Counted from the first letter of the stretch, positions 1-11,600 are shown. The stretch: 64,000 nucleotides of DNA from an uncultured delta proteobacterium (GCA_963804165.1 CAWDPO010000030.1:93057-157056), one strand, 5' to 3'. The notes: generated from the letters alone by a model not told the origin. Program-made: numbers and translations.

Positions 1-791
1 CTCGGCGATCGAAAAGGACGGCGCCGAACGGCGCGCCGACTTGGTTTCTTATTTTCTCTTTCCGACGAACGCGCTACATTTTGGATCCGAAACCGGTGAT
101 TCCCGGCTATGAGCATATCGACTACATGCAGCTGCGCGTCGACAGTTATCCGCGCGATGCCGCGGGCACGACGACCTTGGAAATCCGCTACGCCGATCCC
201 AATCGCGCCGACGATCTGTACATTTATATTCCGAGCATTCGCCGCATTCGCCGCGCCACCACCACGCAGCGCTGCCAGACGCTGGCGCCGAGCGAGTTCA
301 ATCTCGACGATATCAACAGCTTCAACGGCAAGATCACCGATTTCAATTACAAGTTTCTCGGCGAAAAAAAGATGCTGGTGAATCTCAGCCAGGAACATTT
401 GCCGTTCAATCGTAAGCCAGGCGACTATTTGCCGTTGGATGAGAAATGGGAAGTCGTCGACACCTACGTCCTCGAGATCACGCCCAAGGATTCCAATTAT
501 TGCTATCCGAGAAAGCTGCTGCACCTGAACAAGATGACCTTCGATACCCATTGGACTTTGATCTGGGACAAGCGCGGTGAATATTGGAAAGAGCAGTTCG
601 GCATGTTCACGCCGGTCAAACTCGCCGACGGCCGCGAAGTTTGGTCGGTCGCCGACGTCGTCATCGTCAATGTCCAAAACGGCCGCTCGACGATTGTCAC
701 AGCCACGCGCGCATACAACAAGGGCTACCCTGCCAGCATGTTCAGTCTGGCCACGCTTGAAAGCGTCATGCGCGGCGGCTCGATCGAGTAG
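1..791 (+). CDS. DUF1329 family / outer-membrane lipoprotein-sorting protein (5' truncated)
   Basis: ORF 81..791 with 'YIYIPSIRRIRR' and 'WDKRGEYWK' motifs; typical synteny with YCF48 and MMPL genes. Confidence 0.8.
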   Translation, partial: RRSKRTAPNGAPTWFLIFSFRRTRYILDPKPVIPGYEHIDYMQLRVDSYPRDAAGTTTLEIRYADPNRADDLYIYIPSIRRIRRATTTQRCQTLAPSEFNLDDINSFNGKITDFNYKFLGEKKMLVNLSQEHLPFNRKPGDYLPLDEKWEVVDTYVLEITPKDSNYCYPRKLLHLNKMTFDTHWTLIWDKRGEYWKEQFGMFTPVKLADGREVWSVADVVIVNVQNGRSTIVTATRAYNKGYPASMFSLATLESVMRGGSIE

Positions 792-808
792 ATTTGCCAA
801 CGTTTCCC

Positions 809-1885
809 ATGGCGCGAGTGGGTTGCCGTCGCCGCTGAATAAGTTTTTCGATGCGCTTTCTCGCTCTTTGCTTTGCCGGGCTGATCGTTGCATCGCACTG
901 GCTTCTCTCCACGCCGCGACGGCTTTAAAAAATACCGCGGTTCAACGAGAATTTTTATGGCGTCGACATCGTCGACGATCAGGCTTGGATCGTCGGCTAC
1001 TACGGCACGATCCTGCATTCCGCCGGATCGCGGCCAAACCTGGCAAATTCAATCGACCGCCCACCCGGAACGCTCTTTTCAACGTGCGCTTCATCAATCC
1101 GTTAAAAGGTTGGATCAGCGGCAGCTACGGCATCCGTTCTGCATACCACGCGACGGCGGCAAGAGCTGGCACTCTCAGTCCGCCGGCACAACGGAGCATC
1201 TTTTCGGCTTCCTATTGGCTCGACGAGACCCACGGCTGGCTGGTCGGCAGCCGCGGCGCAACTGTGCGAACCAACGACGGTGGCCGTTCCTGGAGTACCT
1301 CTTCCGTACCGGGCGATTTCACTTTCAGCGGCGATCACATTCGTCAGCGCGTCGCGCGGCTGGATCGTCGGCGAGTTCGGCGTCATTTTCCAGACCTCGG
1401 ATGGCGGTAAGAGTTGGCAAAAACAAAAAAGCCCCGTCGAGGTTTCGTTTTCTAGCGGCGCAAGCCAAAACTTGTTTGCGCTGCTATTCACGGCGCCGAC
1501 CGACGGCTATGCCTTCGGACTCGATGGGCTCGTGCTCAAAACCCGGGACGGCGCCCGCTGGGAAATCGTCCGCCACCGCGAGACCGCCAATAGCGGCAGC
1601 GTCGCCAACCATCTTTTCGCCGCCGCCGCTTTCAACGGCCGCATCTCGGTCGTCGGCGAACGAGGCACGCTGCTTCAATCCGATCCGGATAGCGGCAGCT
1701 GGCGGCAGGCCGGCGTTCAAATTCCGCGCCTCAGTTTGAACGGCATCGCGTTCGGCAAAGACGGCTTCGGGCTGGCGGTCGGCAATCGAGGGCTCGTGTT
1801 GCGCACCGAGGATGGCGGCAAGAATTGGAAGCGGCTTAAGATCGACGTTCAACTCGGCGCAAATAACCCTCGCCGCGCTCCATGA
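809..1885 (+). CDS. YCF48/BNR-repeat beta-propeller protein, frameshifted; start uncertain
   Basis: Repeated 'GWIVG..G.I..T.DGG.SW' Asp-box motifs spread over ORFs 577-1410, 888-1739 and 1280-1885. Confidence 0.75.
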
Positions 1886-4205
1886 GACGACTCGCTCTCT
1901 TCATCGTTAAAAAGCGCGCCGTTATCTTGGGCCTCATAATCGCGGCCACGCTGGTGCTTCGCCTACCTCTCGCATCAAGATTGAAATGTACACCGCCTTT
2001 GCGGATCTCCTGCCGCGAGATCATCCTTATATCCGAGTCCACAATCGTTTCTGGAAGACCTTCGGCGGCGCCAACGTCGTGCTGCTTTCCGTGGAAGTCT
2101 CCGAGGGCGATATTTTCAACATCACGGTGTTGGAGAAAATCAAAAAACTCACCGAAATCATCGAGCGCACACCCGGGGCAAACAACTATCAGATTTTTTC
2201 CATCGCGCGCCAGAAAGTGAAAGACGTTCGCGCCACCGCTTGGGGCATCGAGGTGCAGCCCGTGATGTGGCCGAGCGTGCCGCGAGAGCGCGAGGAGATC
2301 GAGCGGCTGCGCGATATCGTCTACGCCAATCCAACGATCGTCGGTCGGCTGGTTTCCGAGGACGGCAAGGCCGCGCTCATCACCGCCGCGTTTCACGAGG
2401 AACGGCTCGATTACGCCGCGTTGTTTCGCCGCGTTCAACAAGCGATCAAAGAAGTCGAAGACTCCAAGACCCGCGTCTTCGCCGCCGGCGAGCCGATTCT
2501 CTACGGCTGGATTTATCATCATCTGAGCTCCATCGCGCTGATCATCGCGCTCACCTGTTTGAGCATCCTCGCCATCTTGATCCTCTACTATCGCAATTTA
2601 AACGGCGTCATGATCCCGATGCTCTCCGCGGTGATCACTTTCATCTGGGGTACCGGATTTACCGCTTTGATCGGTTACAATTTCGAGCCGCTCATTCTGG
2701 TCGTGCCGTTTTTGATCGCCGCGCGAACGATCAGTCACTCAATTCAGTTTCGCGAAAGATTTTTTGAAGAGCTCGAGCGCTACGGCGATAAAGAAAAGGC
2801 CGCCATCGAATCGGCGGCCGGCTTGATGATGCCCGGCAGCGTTTCCATCATAACCGACGCCATCGGTTTGACCGTGCTTCTGGTCGCGCCGATGCCGATT
2901 CTGACCAAGCTCGCGATCGCCGGAAGCTTTTGGGTGCTCAGCAACTTGGTGACCGTGGTGATTCTCGATCCGATTCTTTGCTGTTACTTTCCCGCGCCGC
3001 GCCAAGTGCCGAAGGGCGGCGAAGGACATTGGCTCGAAGCGCCGCTACGCAGCAGTGGGAAAATTTTGCGTTCACCCTCGGGCAGGCTCGTCGTCATCGC
3101 CGGCTTTGCCGCCGTCATCGGTTGGAGTTTGTATTGGTATCAGTTTCTCACCGTCGGCGATTCGCGCCCGGGCTCGCCGCTGCTTTGGCCCGACTCCGAC
3201 TACAACCAGAGCGTGCGTCACATCAATGACAAATTTCAGGGCACCGATCACCTTTACGTGATCGTCGAAGGACAAACGGAAAGCACGATGAAGGCGCCTC
3301 AGGTGCTGGAAAAGATCGAAGTCCTTTCAGCGCCACATGCTGCGTTCGCCGCACGTCGGCTCGAGCGATTCCCTGGTCGATCTGACCCGTCAGATCAACA
3401 CGGTGTTGCATTACAACGATCCGCGCTGGGGCTTGTTGCCGCGGTCAGGCGACGAGGTCGGCGGCATATTGATGGTCGCCGAACACGGCAGCGAGCCCGG
3501 TGACTTCGACCGCTGGGTCAATTACAACTTTCAGCATGGGCGGGTGACTTTCTTTCTCTACGATCACAAGGGCGACACGTTGCGCGAAGTCGATCGACCG
3601 GGCCAAGGAGTTTATCAAAAACAATCCTCTCACGGCGCGCGCTTCAACTCGCCAGCGGCTACGCCGGCGTGTTGGCGGCCGCCAACGAAGTCATCGCCCG
3701 CTCCGACAAAATCACCCTCGGCTTGATGCTGCTCGCTCAATTGGTTTTCTGTGCGCTAGGTTTTCGCTCGCTGTCCGCCGGCCTGTTGTTCGTCGGCGTC
3801 GTGTTGATGTCGAATACATTCGGCATGGCGCTGATGTCCTATTGGAATGTCGGACTGAATGTGAATACGCTGCCCGTCATCAGTCTGGGCATCGGCTTCG
3901 GCGAAGATTACGGCATCTACATCGTTTCGCGGGCGATCGAAGAATATCGGCGCCAGCGTCAAAACGATCTCAACCAAGCCTTGATCGACGGCGTGGCCAC
4001 GGCCGGCAAAGCGGTGCTCTACACCGCGTTTCTTATTTCCGCCAGCATCGCGTTTTGGTCCTTTTCGCCGCTGCGCTTTCAGGCGGAGATGGGCACCCAG
4101 CTCCTGATTATATTGACGATGAACATGCTCGGCGGGTTGCTCCTCTTGCCCGCGTTGATTTCTTTGCTGAGGCCCAAATTCGTCATCGCCTCATCGCAGA
4201 GATAA
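1882..4205 (+). CDS. MMPL/RND-family transporter, split by frameshifts
   Basis: Consecutive ORFs 1882, 1986-3503, 3337-3726 and 3669-4205 with many TM helices and 'GIGFGEDYGIY' motif. Confidence 0.85.
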
Positions 4206-4233
4206 AAACGCGCATCACGAACCGCAAGCAGAG

Positions 4234-4806
4234 CTAAGATGGCTCGACTCTGAAATCGTAGACCACCTCTAAAAACTGCGCGATGATCCGCGCGGTTACG
4301 CCCCACACATCCCAACCATTCACGTAGAAGTGATAGCTCGGATGGCCACCCGGTGAAAGCTGAACGTCCTGCACAAAGTTAGGTTGCTCCATCAATAATT
4401 TAATTGGCACTGAAGCGACCGCCGTGGTTTCAGCCGGATCGAGGCGAAATTCACAATGCGCCGGGATGACACCCACGACCGGTGTCACGACGAGGCCGTA
4501 ACCCGCGGTGAATTCATCCAAACGGCCCAGTATCCTTACGCACTCGGGGCCAATGCCGATTTCTTCGTAGCACTCGCGCAAGGCGGTTTCGGTCACGCCC
4601 GCGTCGCGCGGATCGACTCGTCCGCCGGGAAAGGCGATCTGCCCTTTATGCGTGCGCAGATGATCGGCCCGCTTGGTCAGCACGAGATAATCGCCGTCCG
4701 GCCGTTCTTGGATCGGTATCAATACGGCGGCAGGCTTGTGACCGTTGCCGCCAATGGCTTGTGGCGAACGGGCTTGGAGCGCTTTAGCGACTTTTTCTGC
4801 AATCAT
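4234..4806 (-). CDS. CoA pyrophosphatase, Nudix family (NudL-like)
   Basis: 'AAVLIP', 'H.GQIAFPGG' and Nudix box 'ALRECYEEIG'. Confidence 0.9.
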   Translation of the reverse strand: MIAEKVAKALQARSPQAIGGNGHKPAAVLIPIQERPDGDYLVLTKRADHLRTHKGQIAFPGGRVDPRDAGVTETALRECYEEIGIGPECVRILGRLDEFTAGYGLVVTPVVGVIPAHCEFRLDPAETTAVASVPIKLLMEQPNFVQDVQLSPGGHPSYHFYVNGWDVWGVTARIIAQFLEVVYDFRVEPS

Positions 4807-4889
4807 TTCGAGAAAACTTTTTTGCCGCGTATAATCTATGATAGAACCAAATTCGAATTTAACCAATCGTCAGGAAAAAGCCCAGCGCC

Positions 4890-5546
4890 GTGAAAGACCG
4901 CGATATTCACACCGCCGTTCGAATTTTGCGTCGTGAAGTGCCCAAGTGGGAAACGCCCATCGTGACGCTCATGGCGGAAACCTACGAGAGCCCGTTTCGG
5001 GTACTGATCTCGTGCATCTTGAGCCTGCGCACGCAGGATTCGACGACGGCGAAGGCGTCGCATCGTTTGTTTGCCGTTGCAGACACGCCGCAAGCGATGG
5101 TGAAACTTTCTCCGAAAAAGATCGAGAAGCTGATCTACCCCGTCGGCTTTTATAAGACCAAGGCAAAAAATATTCTCGAAATCTGCCGGACCTTGATCGA
5201 CCAACACGGTAGCAAGGTTCCCGACGAAATCGACGAGCTCTTAAAGTTCAAAGGCGTCGGCCGCAAAACCGCGAATCTAGTGGTAACACTCGGTTACAAG
5301 AAACCGGGTATCTGCGTCGATACGCATGTGCATCGGATCTCGAATCGCTGGGGCTATATCAATACAAAAACACCGGAGAAGACCGAGATCGCGCTGCGCG
5401 CGAAACTTCCCAAACAGTATTGGATCGAGTACAACGACCTGCTCGTAAGCTTTGGCCAGCATCTTTGCCGGCCGATTTCTCCTGTGTGCAGCCAGTGTCC
5501 GGTAAAGAAGTATTGCAGACAAATCGGCGTAACAGTGAGGCGATGA
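4890..5546 (+). CDS. nth: Endonuclease III
   Basis: HhH 'GVGRKTAN', 'VDTHVHR', Fe-S motif C-x6-C-x2-C-x5-C. Confidence 0.95.
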   Translation: MKDRDIHTAVRILRREVPKWETPIVTLMAETYESPFRVLISCILSLRTQDSTTAKASHRLFAVADTPQAMVKLSPKKIEKLIYPVGFYKTKAKNILEICRTLIDQHGSKVPDEIDELLKFKGVGRKTANLVVTLGYKKPGICVDTHVHRISNRWGYINTKTPEKTEIALRAKLPKQYWIEYNDLLVSFGQHLCRPISPVCSQCPVKKYCRQIGVTVRR

Positions 5547-6781
5547 ATATGACCCAAAAAACTCCCCAGGGTTATTTTGCTCAGAATGTAGACGCGGTCG
5601 GATATCACGATCTAAACAGCAAGCCGGCGTTCAAGTTGGCAATGCAGGAAGTAAACAATCGCTGGTACCTCTATGTCGCTCATCTCTGGCATCGGGGCTG
5701 GAGCGTGCTCGACGTCACCGACCCGGCGGCTCCGGAGTTTTGCACTTTTGTTCCCGGGCCGGAAAATACCTGGACGATTCAGGTCCAGGTCGCCGAAGGC
5801 AAGATGATCGCCGGCCTCGAACGCATCGCGCCGGGCTGGGGCGGCTCCGACGGCCAACCATTCACCGAAGGTTTTTTTATATTCGACGTGAGCGAGCCGA
5901 CCAAGCCGAAACAAATCGGCCACTTCAAAACCAGCAGCACCGGCACGCATCGCAATTTCTACGACGGCGGCAACCTAGTTCACGCCGCGGCGGGCGCGCC
6001 CGGCATGACCGGAAAGATTTATCGGATCGTCGACATCGCCGATGCCGGCAATCCACGCGAAGTTGGCCGCTTCTCATTGCCGGAGCAGGTGCAAGGCGCG
6101 GCGACAAATGGCTTGAAGTTTTCCTGTCATGGTCCCGCACATATCGAAGGCAATCGCGCTTATCTTTCGTACGGCGACGGCGGCGGTATCATCCTCGACG
6201 TTTCCGCTATATCCCAGCCGAAGATGATCAGCCAGATCGCATTCCGGGGCATTACCGCAACTCAAGGAATCCATACTTACCTGCCGTTACCGCGCCGGAA
6301 AATCGCCCTCGTCAACGACGAAGCGATTCGAGAAAACGGCGATGAAAATCTCAACATGGCCGGCATCGTCGATATCAGCGACGAGAAGCGCCCGCGCATG
6401 CTGTCGCTCTTCCCGCTGCCCGAGCCGGCGCCGGAAAGCGAATTGAAAAACTTCTATGAGAAAGCGGGCCGCTTCGGTCCACACAACCATCATCATCCGA
6501 ATCATCAAGCCTGCCTCGAAGATCGCGATGATATTGCTTACCTCACGTACTTTAACGCGGGGCTGCGCGTTTATGATATTCGCGACCCGCGCCAGCCGAA
6601 AGAGATCGGCTACTTCGTGCCCGCAGACCCACTAACGCGAAACGGCCTCAAGCCAAGTCGATTAGCCGCGCAATCGGAGGACGTGATCGTCGACCGGCGC
6701 GGCTATATTTATCTGAGCGATAAGAATCACGGGATACACATCCTTAAACTCAAAGAGGTCTGGCCATATCCAAGCGCCTGA
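5543..6781 (+). CDS. LVIVD-repeat protein
   Basis: Repeated 'LDVTDPAAP', 'DISDEKRP', 'GLRVYDIRDP', 'RFGPHN'; ATG overlaps the nth stop. Confidence 0.8.
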   Translation: MNMTQKTPQGYFAQNVDAVGYHDLNSKPAFKLAMQEVNNRWYLYVAHLWHRGWSVLDVTDPAAPEFCTFVPGPENTWTIQVQVAEGKMIAGLERIAPGWGGSDGQPFTEGFFIFDVSEPTKPKQIGHFKTSSTGTHRNFYDGGNLVHAAAGAPGMTGKIYRIVDIADAGNPREVGRFSLPEQVQGAATNGLKFSCHGPAHIEGNRAYLSYGDGGGIILDVSAISQPKMISQIAFRGITATQGIHTYLPLPRRKIALVNDEAIRENGDENLNMAGIVDISDEKRPRMLSLFPLPEPAPESELKNFYEKAGRFGPHNHHHPNHQACLEDRDDIAYLTYFNAGLRVYDIRDPRQPKEIGYFVPADPLTRNGLKPSRLAAQSEDVIVDRRGYIYLSDKNHGIHILKLKEVWPYPSA

Positions 6782-6989
6782 TCGACGGATGGGATCATAG
6801 AGTATAGCTTTTCGCGGTTTGTCTAGGGATTCGGGCGGTCATTCTGGGCAACCTGGCGAAGCTAGCCCGAACAGGAATGCAGGTTAAAGAGATTTCTGGA
6901 TGTCTTCACCGGCATGACGAAAGAATCTAAATGACCGGCCTCGCGAACTCTTGAGAAAGTAACTCGTGTGATGCCTCTAATTCGATGGG

Positions 6990-7072
6990 TGTCATTTTGA
7001 GGAGCTTTGCGACGAAGAATCTGCTTCGAGCAATGAACAAAGCAGATCCTTCGCCCCTGGCTCAGGATGACA
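6990..7072. repeat. REP-like palindromic element (TGTCAT...ATGACA)
   Basis: Imperfect inverted repeat GTCATTTTGAG..GAAGAATCTGCTT / AAGCAGATCCTTC..CTCAGGATGAC between convergent genes. Confidence 0.7.
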
Positions 7073-7156
7073 ACTAAGAAATGTCGAGATAATCCTGATC
7101 GGTTTCAACCAGGACACGAGCGACGCTTAGGAAGTTAAAAAAGACTCTGCCGATTT

Positions 7157-7481
7157 CTACGGCTTCATCGATTCGGGAAAATATTTCGACGGCGCCCAGA
7201 CGTTGACGGTGAAGTTGTTGCAGCCGAGGATGCGCAACTCGCGCATGATGCGGATATAGTCTTGGGAATCGATGAAGTCGCGCCAGTTGTCCAGCGTCTC
7301 GAAGTCGATGGTAATGGCGACGTGCGGCGTCACTTCCAACGGGATTTCGGTAGTTGCGAATCTCGATCACGCCCTTGTGCGCCAGCGTTGTCGGCAGCCA
7401 ATCGTTTTTAGCCTTGTTCGCGTAAATAGTCAGGTTGGCTTTTTGATCCGGCAAATTCCACTGGATAACAAAATGCACCAT
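7157..7481 (-). CDS. Small hypothetical protein (possible dimeric alpha/beta barrel), one frameshift near 7340
   Basis: ORF 7074-7481 N-terminus joins ORF 7157-7339; directly downstream of the SDR. Confidence 0.55.
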
Positions 7482-8273
7482 TTATTGTATCCCTCGCACC
7501 AGACCGCCATCGATTTGAATCGTGGTGCCGGTGACGTAGCTCGCCCGCTCTGAACCGAGAAAAACAATCACATCCGCCGTCTCTTCCGCAGTACCATAAC
7601 GCCCGAGCGGCACTTCCGCCGCCATCTCTTTGTTGATCTCCTCGATGGGCCGGCCGACCCGATCCGCTCTAGCTTTGTTGAGCTTCTGCGCCCGCTCGGT
7701 ATCGATGCGGCCCGGACAGATGTTGTTGATGAGAATGTTATCGCGCGCCAGCTCACGCGAGAGCGTCTTGGCCAAGCCAATTACCGCGCTGCGCACCGCG
7801 TTGGACAATACCAGGCCCGTGATCGGCTCCTTGACCGAATACGAAGTAATATTGATGACCCGGCCGCCGCCGGCCTTGCGCATGTGCGGCACGGCTTCGC
7901 GAGTCATGCGCATGGTGCTCATGAAGCTTATATTGTAGGCGTTGCTCCAATCTTCGTCGGTAAACTTCATAAACTCACCCGGGGGCGGTCCGCCGGCGTT
8001 GTTGACGATGATATCCAAGCGGCCGAAGTGCTCGGCGCTCTGATTGACGAATTTTTTTATGTCCTCCGGCTTCGCCATATCGGCCACCACTGCAAGCACC
8101 TCGCCGCCGGTTTCCTTGCGAATCGTAGCCGCGGCTTCGTTGAGCGCCGCTTCACCGCGCGCGCAGATCGCCACCTTTGCCCCTTCGCGAGCGAATCCCA
8201 ACGCCGTCGCGCGCCCCATTCCCTGGCTGGCGCCAGCGACCAAAGCGACTTTTCCTTTTAGTCCTAAATCCAT
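7482..8273 (-). CDS. Short-chain dehydrogenase/reductase
   Basis: 'GASQGMG', 'VNNAGG', 'PGRIDT', 'VTGTTIQIDGG'. Confidence 0.95.
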   Translation of the reverse strand: MDLGLKGKVALVAGASQGMGRATALGFAREGAKVAICARGEAALNEAAATIRKETGGEVLAVVADMAKPEDIKKFVNQSAEHFGRLDIIVNNAGGPPPGEFMKFTDEDWSNAYNISFMSTMRMTREAVPHMRKAGGGRVINITSYSVKEPITGLVLSNAVRSAVIGLAKTLSRELARDNILINNICPGRIDTERAQKLNKARADRVGRPIEEINKEMAAEVPLGRYGTAEETADVIVFLGSERASYVTGTTIQIDGGLVRGIQ

Positions 8274-8617
8274 TCTTGCTTTTCCCCCCGGTAGTTTTGC
8301 GTCTGCCGGATACTAGCAAAGCCGATACGGCGGGTCAAAAGAACAGCGGTCAGAAGTCAGAGATCAGAAATCAGCAGCTGTCCCAATTCCTGCGTCTTTT
8401 TTTGTCATACCGGCGAAGGCCGGTATCCAGAAGCATTTGAAACTCCTGGATGCCGGATCGCGCTACCCTAAACTATGATGAGGGGTTCGAATTATGCTGT
8501 GAACTTTGGTTCCACTTCTTGCACGCTGATCAAAAAGATCCAGAGGTGAGGCGCGCGAAGGTCGATGAGCGTAGGCGTACTCCTGTACGTTGACGCGAAA
8601 TCGGCCTAGCGCAACGA

Positions 8618-10271
8618 CAGACTGTGTGAAAACTCCGTTTAGAACCATAGTGACAGAGAATATTGTTCATGAATGGATCGTTCGAATGTAGAATCATCCA
8701 ACGTTGAGATCAAGGGAGATGTTGGATGGGATACATTGAGGGAGAAGATCGTAAGCAGACGGTGTTGTTTCCAGAGGTGCTGGACGATTACATCAGTGAG
8801 GAAAATCCGGTTCGGTTCATCGATGTATTTATCGAAGGACTGGACCTTTCGGGGATGGGATTTCAAAAGGCGATCCCGAAGGATACGGGACGGCCGCCGT
8901 ATGATCCAGGAGATCTTTTACGGCTGTATGTGTACGGGTATCTGAATCGGACGCGCTCGAGTCGGCGGCTAGAAACCGAAGCCGGGCGCAACGTGGAGGT
9001 GATGTGGCTGATGCGCAAGCTTAGGCCGGACTTTAAGACGATCGCGGACTTTCGCAAGGATAATGCTCAAGGGATCAAGAAGGTATGTCGAGAGTTCACG
9101 CTGTGGTGTAAGCGGCTAGAGCTGTTTGGGAGCGAGTTGGTGGCCATCGACGGCAGCAAATTTGGAGCGGTTAATAGTCCCAAGCGCAACTTCACAGAAA
9201 AAAAGCTTAGGCGGATGATAAAAGAGATCGACGGTAAGATCGATCAGTATCTTAAGCAATTGGATCAACAGGATAAGCAGGAAGCCGGGCAACGGGGTGT
9301 GAGCCCAGAACAGCTCAAGGAGAAGATCGAACGATACAAAGAGCGCCGAGCGCAGTATGAGCAGTTAAAGACTGATCTGGAAGGCAGTGCAGAGAGTCAA
9401 ATATCATTGACAGATCCGCAGAGCCGCTCGATGCGTGTAGGGCACGGGGTGGAGGTCAGCTACAACGTGCAGATCGTGGTGGATCACAAGCACAAGTTGG
9501 TGGTGGAGCACGAGGTGACCAATGAAGTCACCGACCAAGGGCAACTGTCCACGATGGCAAAGAAGGCCCAAGAGACGCTCGGCGTACAGAGTCTAGAGGT
9601 AGTGGCCGACCGGGGTTACTACAACGGGGAAGAACTGAAAGTCTGCGAGCAGTCCGGGATGACGGTTTACGTCCCTAAGCCCAATAATTCATCGAACCTT
9701 AAGCGTGGACTGTTTACTAAAGAGGACTTTGTCTATGAGCCACAAAAGGACTGCTACAGGTGTCCTGCGGGAAAAGAGCTAAGCTACCGCTTTGACAGTG
9801 TGGAACAGGGTCGGGCGGTGCACTCCTACGAGATCTATGGCTGTAACAGCTGTGAGTTAAAGTCCAAGTGTAGCATCAACAAAAGGGGAAGGCGGCGGAT
9901 CACACGCTGGGTCGATGAAGCGATTTTGGAAGCGATGGCCCGGCGAATGACGGAGCATCCCGAGAAGGCAGAGTTACGCAAGTGTCTAGTGGAGCATCCT
10001 TTTGGCACCATCAAACGGGCCATGAACCAGGGTTACTTTCTGATGCGGGGATTAAGCAAGGTCGGAGCCGAGACGAGTCTGACAATACTGGCATACAACC
10101 TCAGGCGAGTGATGAATATTCTCGGAGTACGGAAAATGATGGAGGCCGTTACCTAAGAAGACGGGATCCTCAGCTGGGTAGTCGCGGTTTAGGGTGACAG
10201 GCGAATTCAATGAGCCGCTCAATCGTCGCCCATGCATACGCCGAAAGCTCAAAGAGTTTTCACACAGTCTG
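8618..10271 (+). mobile_element. IS1182-family insertion sequence
   Basis: Perfect 18-bp IRs CAGACTGTGTGAAAACTC / GAGTTTTCACACAGTCTG; 4-bp direct repeat ACGA at 8614-8617 and 10272-10275. Confidence 0.92.
8726..10156 (+). CDS. IS1182-family DDE transposase
   Basis: 'GRPPYDP', 'PDFKTIADFR', 'AIDGSK', 'ADRGY', 'VEHPFGTIK'. Confidence 0.95.
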   Translation: MGYIEGEDRKQTVLFPEVLDDYISEENPVRFIDVFIEGLDLSGMGFQKAIPKDTGRPPYDPGDLLRLYVYGYLNRTRSSRRLETEAGRNVEVMWLMRKLRPDFKTIADFRKDNAQGIKKVCREFTLWCKRLELFGSELVAIDGSKFGAVNSPKRNFTEKKLRRMIKEIDGKIDQYLKQLDQQDKQEAGQRGVSPEQLKEKIERYKERRAQYEQLKTDLEGSAESQISLTDPQSRSMRVGHGVEVSYNVQIVVDHKHKLVVEHEVTNEVTDQGQLSTMAKKAQETLGVQSLEVVADRGYYNGEELKVCEQSGMTVYVPKPNNSSNLKRGLFTKEDFVYEPQKDCYRCPAGKELSYRFDSVEQGRAVHSYEIYGCNSCELKSKCSINKRGRRRITRWVDEAILEAMARRMTEHPEKAELRKCLVEHPFGTIKRAMNQGYFLMRGLSKVGAETSLTILAYNLRRVMNILGVRKMMEAVT

Positions 10272-10308
10272 ACGAAGCAGATGGGTCTTTTTCAGCAGCG
10301 TGCCAGGC

Positions 10309-10554
10309 TCACTTCTGCTGCCAGTAAATGTTGTCGCGGAACTCCGGCTGGAGACGTTTGATATAGAGACAGAGCATGCCGTGGACGCCGAGCTGGCGTA
10401 GCTTGCGCGGATCGCCGGCACGCAACGCGTCCTGTTCTTCGGTCGAAAGATCATACCCGCCCATCACTTGCTCAAAGTCCTTCAGCGATTTTTGATACAC
10501 TGATTCGTTCATCTTCAAATCAAACAGCAGACGGCTCAGATCGTAACAGCTCAC
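10309..10554 (-). CDS. LigA-like small subunit of an extradiol ring-cleavage dioxygenase
   Basis: 'YDLSTEEQDAL..GD..KL..LGVH'; GTG start overlaps the LigB-like stop. Confidence 0.7.
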   Translation of the reverse strand: MSCYDLSRLLFDLKMNESVYQKSLKDFEQVMGGYDLSTEEQDALRAGDPRKLRQLGVHGMLCLYIKRLQPEFRDNIYWQQK

Positions 10555-11420
10555 AACGACCTCCAACTGACAAATCCCCAGCCCGTCGCGACAAAGTCGG
10601 GCATATAGGCGGTGTAAGATGCTTTTGCATCGCCGACGGCGCCGATCACAACCATCCAATTGAGAAATTCGGTATCGCCCGCTTGCAACAGGTCTTGCAC
10701 GGAATAATCCACCAGGCTTTTCCCTTTACCTTCGCGCATCACTTCGAGGAGCTTGTGATCGAAGGTCTCGTCGATCTCGCCGATACGCGGCGAGCCCGGA
10801 AAGTGCGATAACCCGCCCGTCGCTAGAATCGCCACGCGCTCGGCGGATTTTTCCGCAACTTCGCGAATCAACTCACCGACTTGATAGCAACGCCGCGGCG
10901 ACGGCGCCGGATCGACCCACGTGTTTACGTAAATCGGCAGGATCGGGATCGTCGGTTCGCGTAGCAAAAAATAAAGCGGCACGTTCTGAGTGTGCTGCAA
11001 CTCGATGTGTTCGCCGTAGGAGAAATCGATGCCCTTGTCCATGCCCGCGCGAATGATCGCTTTACCTAACTCTTTGTGATTTCGATAGCGGAAAGAATGA
11101 CGGGTAAACTGACCCTTGACTTCATCAGCAATGGTGACGAAAAACGTCGGAATATTATTCCAAAAGAAGTTGACGAATTGATCGTTGGCAATGACGATCA
11201 AGACGTCAGGTTTCGCCTGCTCCAGATCCTTGCGCAGTGCGCCGAAAGCGGCCTCGGCATCCTGCCGTAGTTTTTTTTGTTGTTCGAAAGTCGGCCTGCT
11301 CGCGGTGCCTTGGGGCGCCGCCATACTGTAGTGCAGATCCATGAAGTCTTCCCATTCACGGCCCGGCTCAAGAAGTATGTTAGGCGCGTGGCTTGCGGCC
11401 ATGGCAGAAACTAGCGGCAT
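10551..11420 (-). CDS. LigB-like extradiol dioxygenase catalytic subunit
   Basis: 'SHAP', 'KPDVLIVIAND', 'ATGGLSHFPG', 'DETFD'. Confidence 0.85.
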   Translation of the reverse strand: MPLVSAMAASHAPNILLEPGREWEDFMDLHYSMAAPQGTASRPTFEQQKKLRQDAEAAFGALRKDLEQAKPDVLIVIANDQFVNFFWNNIPTFFVTIADEVKGQFTRHSFRYRNHKELGKAIIRAGMDKGIDFSYGEHIELQHTQNVPLYFLLREPTIPILPIYVNTWVDPAPSPRRCYQVGELIREVAEKSAERVAILATGGLSHFPGSPRIGEIDETFDHKLLEVMREGKGKSLVDYSVQDLLQAGDTEFLNWMVVIGAVGDAKASYTAYMPDFVATGWGFVSWRSL

Positions 11421-11600
11421 AGGGCAACTCCTCAGCGAATTGGCAAAAATCCTATTCCCCGACCTGGAAAAAAGCAACTGCGAGTTTATGCGGAACGTTA
11501 TTGCCGCGCGTGCCGAGGGCGGGACCGCCGCGGAAGGGCTGAAAGGAAAAAATCGTCGATGAAATCGAGATTTAGCTCTGTGGATTTTGCCGGCGAGGAA

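Larger units (their letters stand above)
8521..10303. mobile_element. ~125-bp MITE interrupted by IS1182
   Basis: 22-bp imperfect terminal IRs GCACGCTGATCAAAAAGATCCA (8521) / TGGGTCTTTTTCAGCAGCGTGC (10282-10303). Confidence 0.7.

Noticed and set aside
8343-8377. TCAGAAG-like heptamer repeats, and TTGAACG repeats at 52550-52575
   Set aside because: Short intergenic tandem repeats with no associated gene here; not enough for a separate claim.
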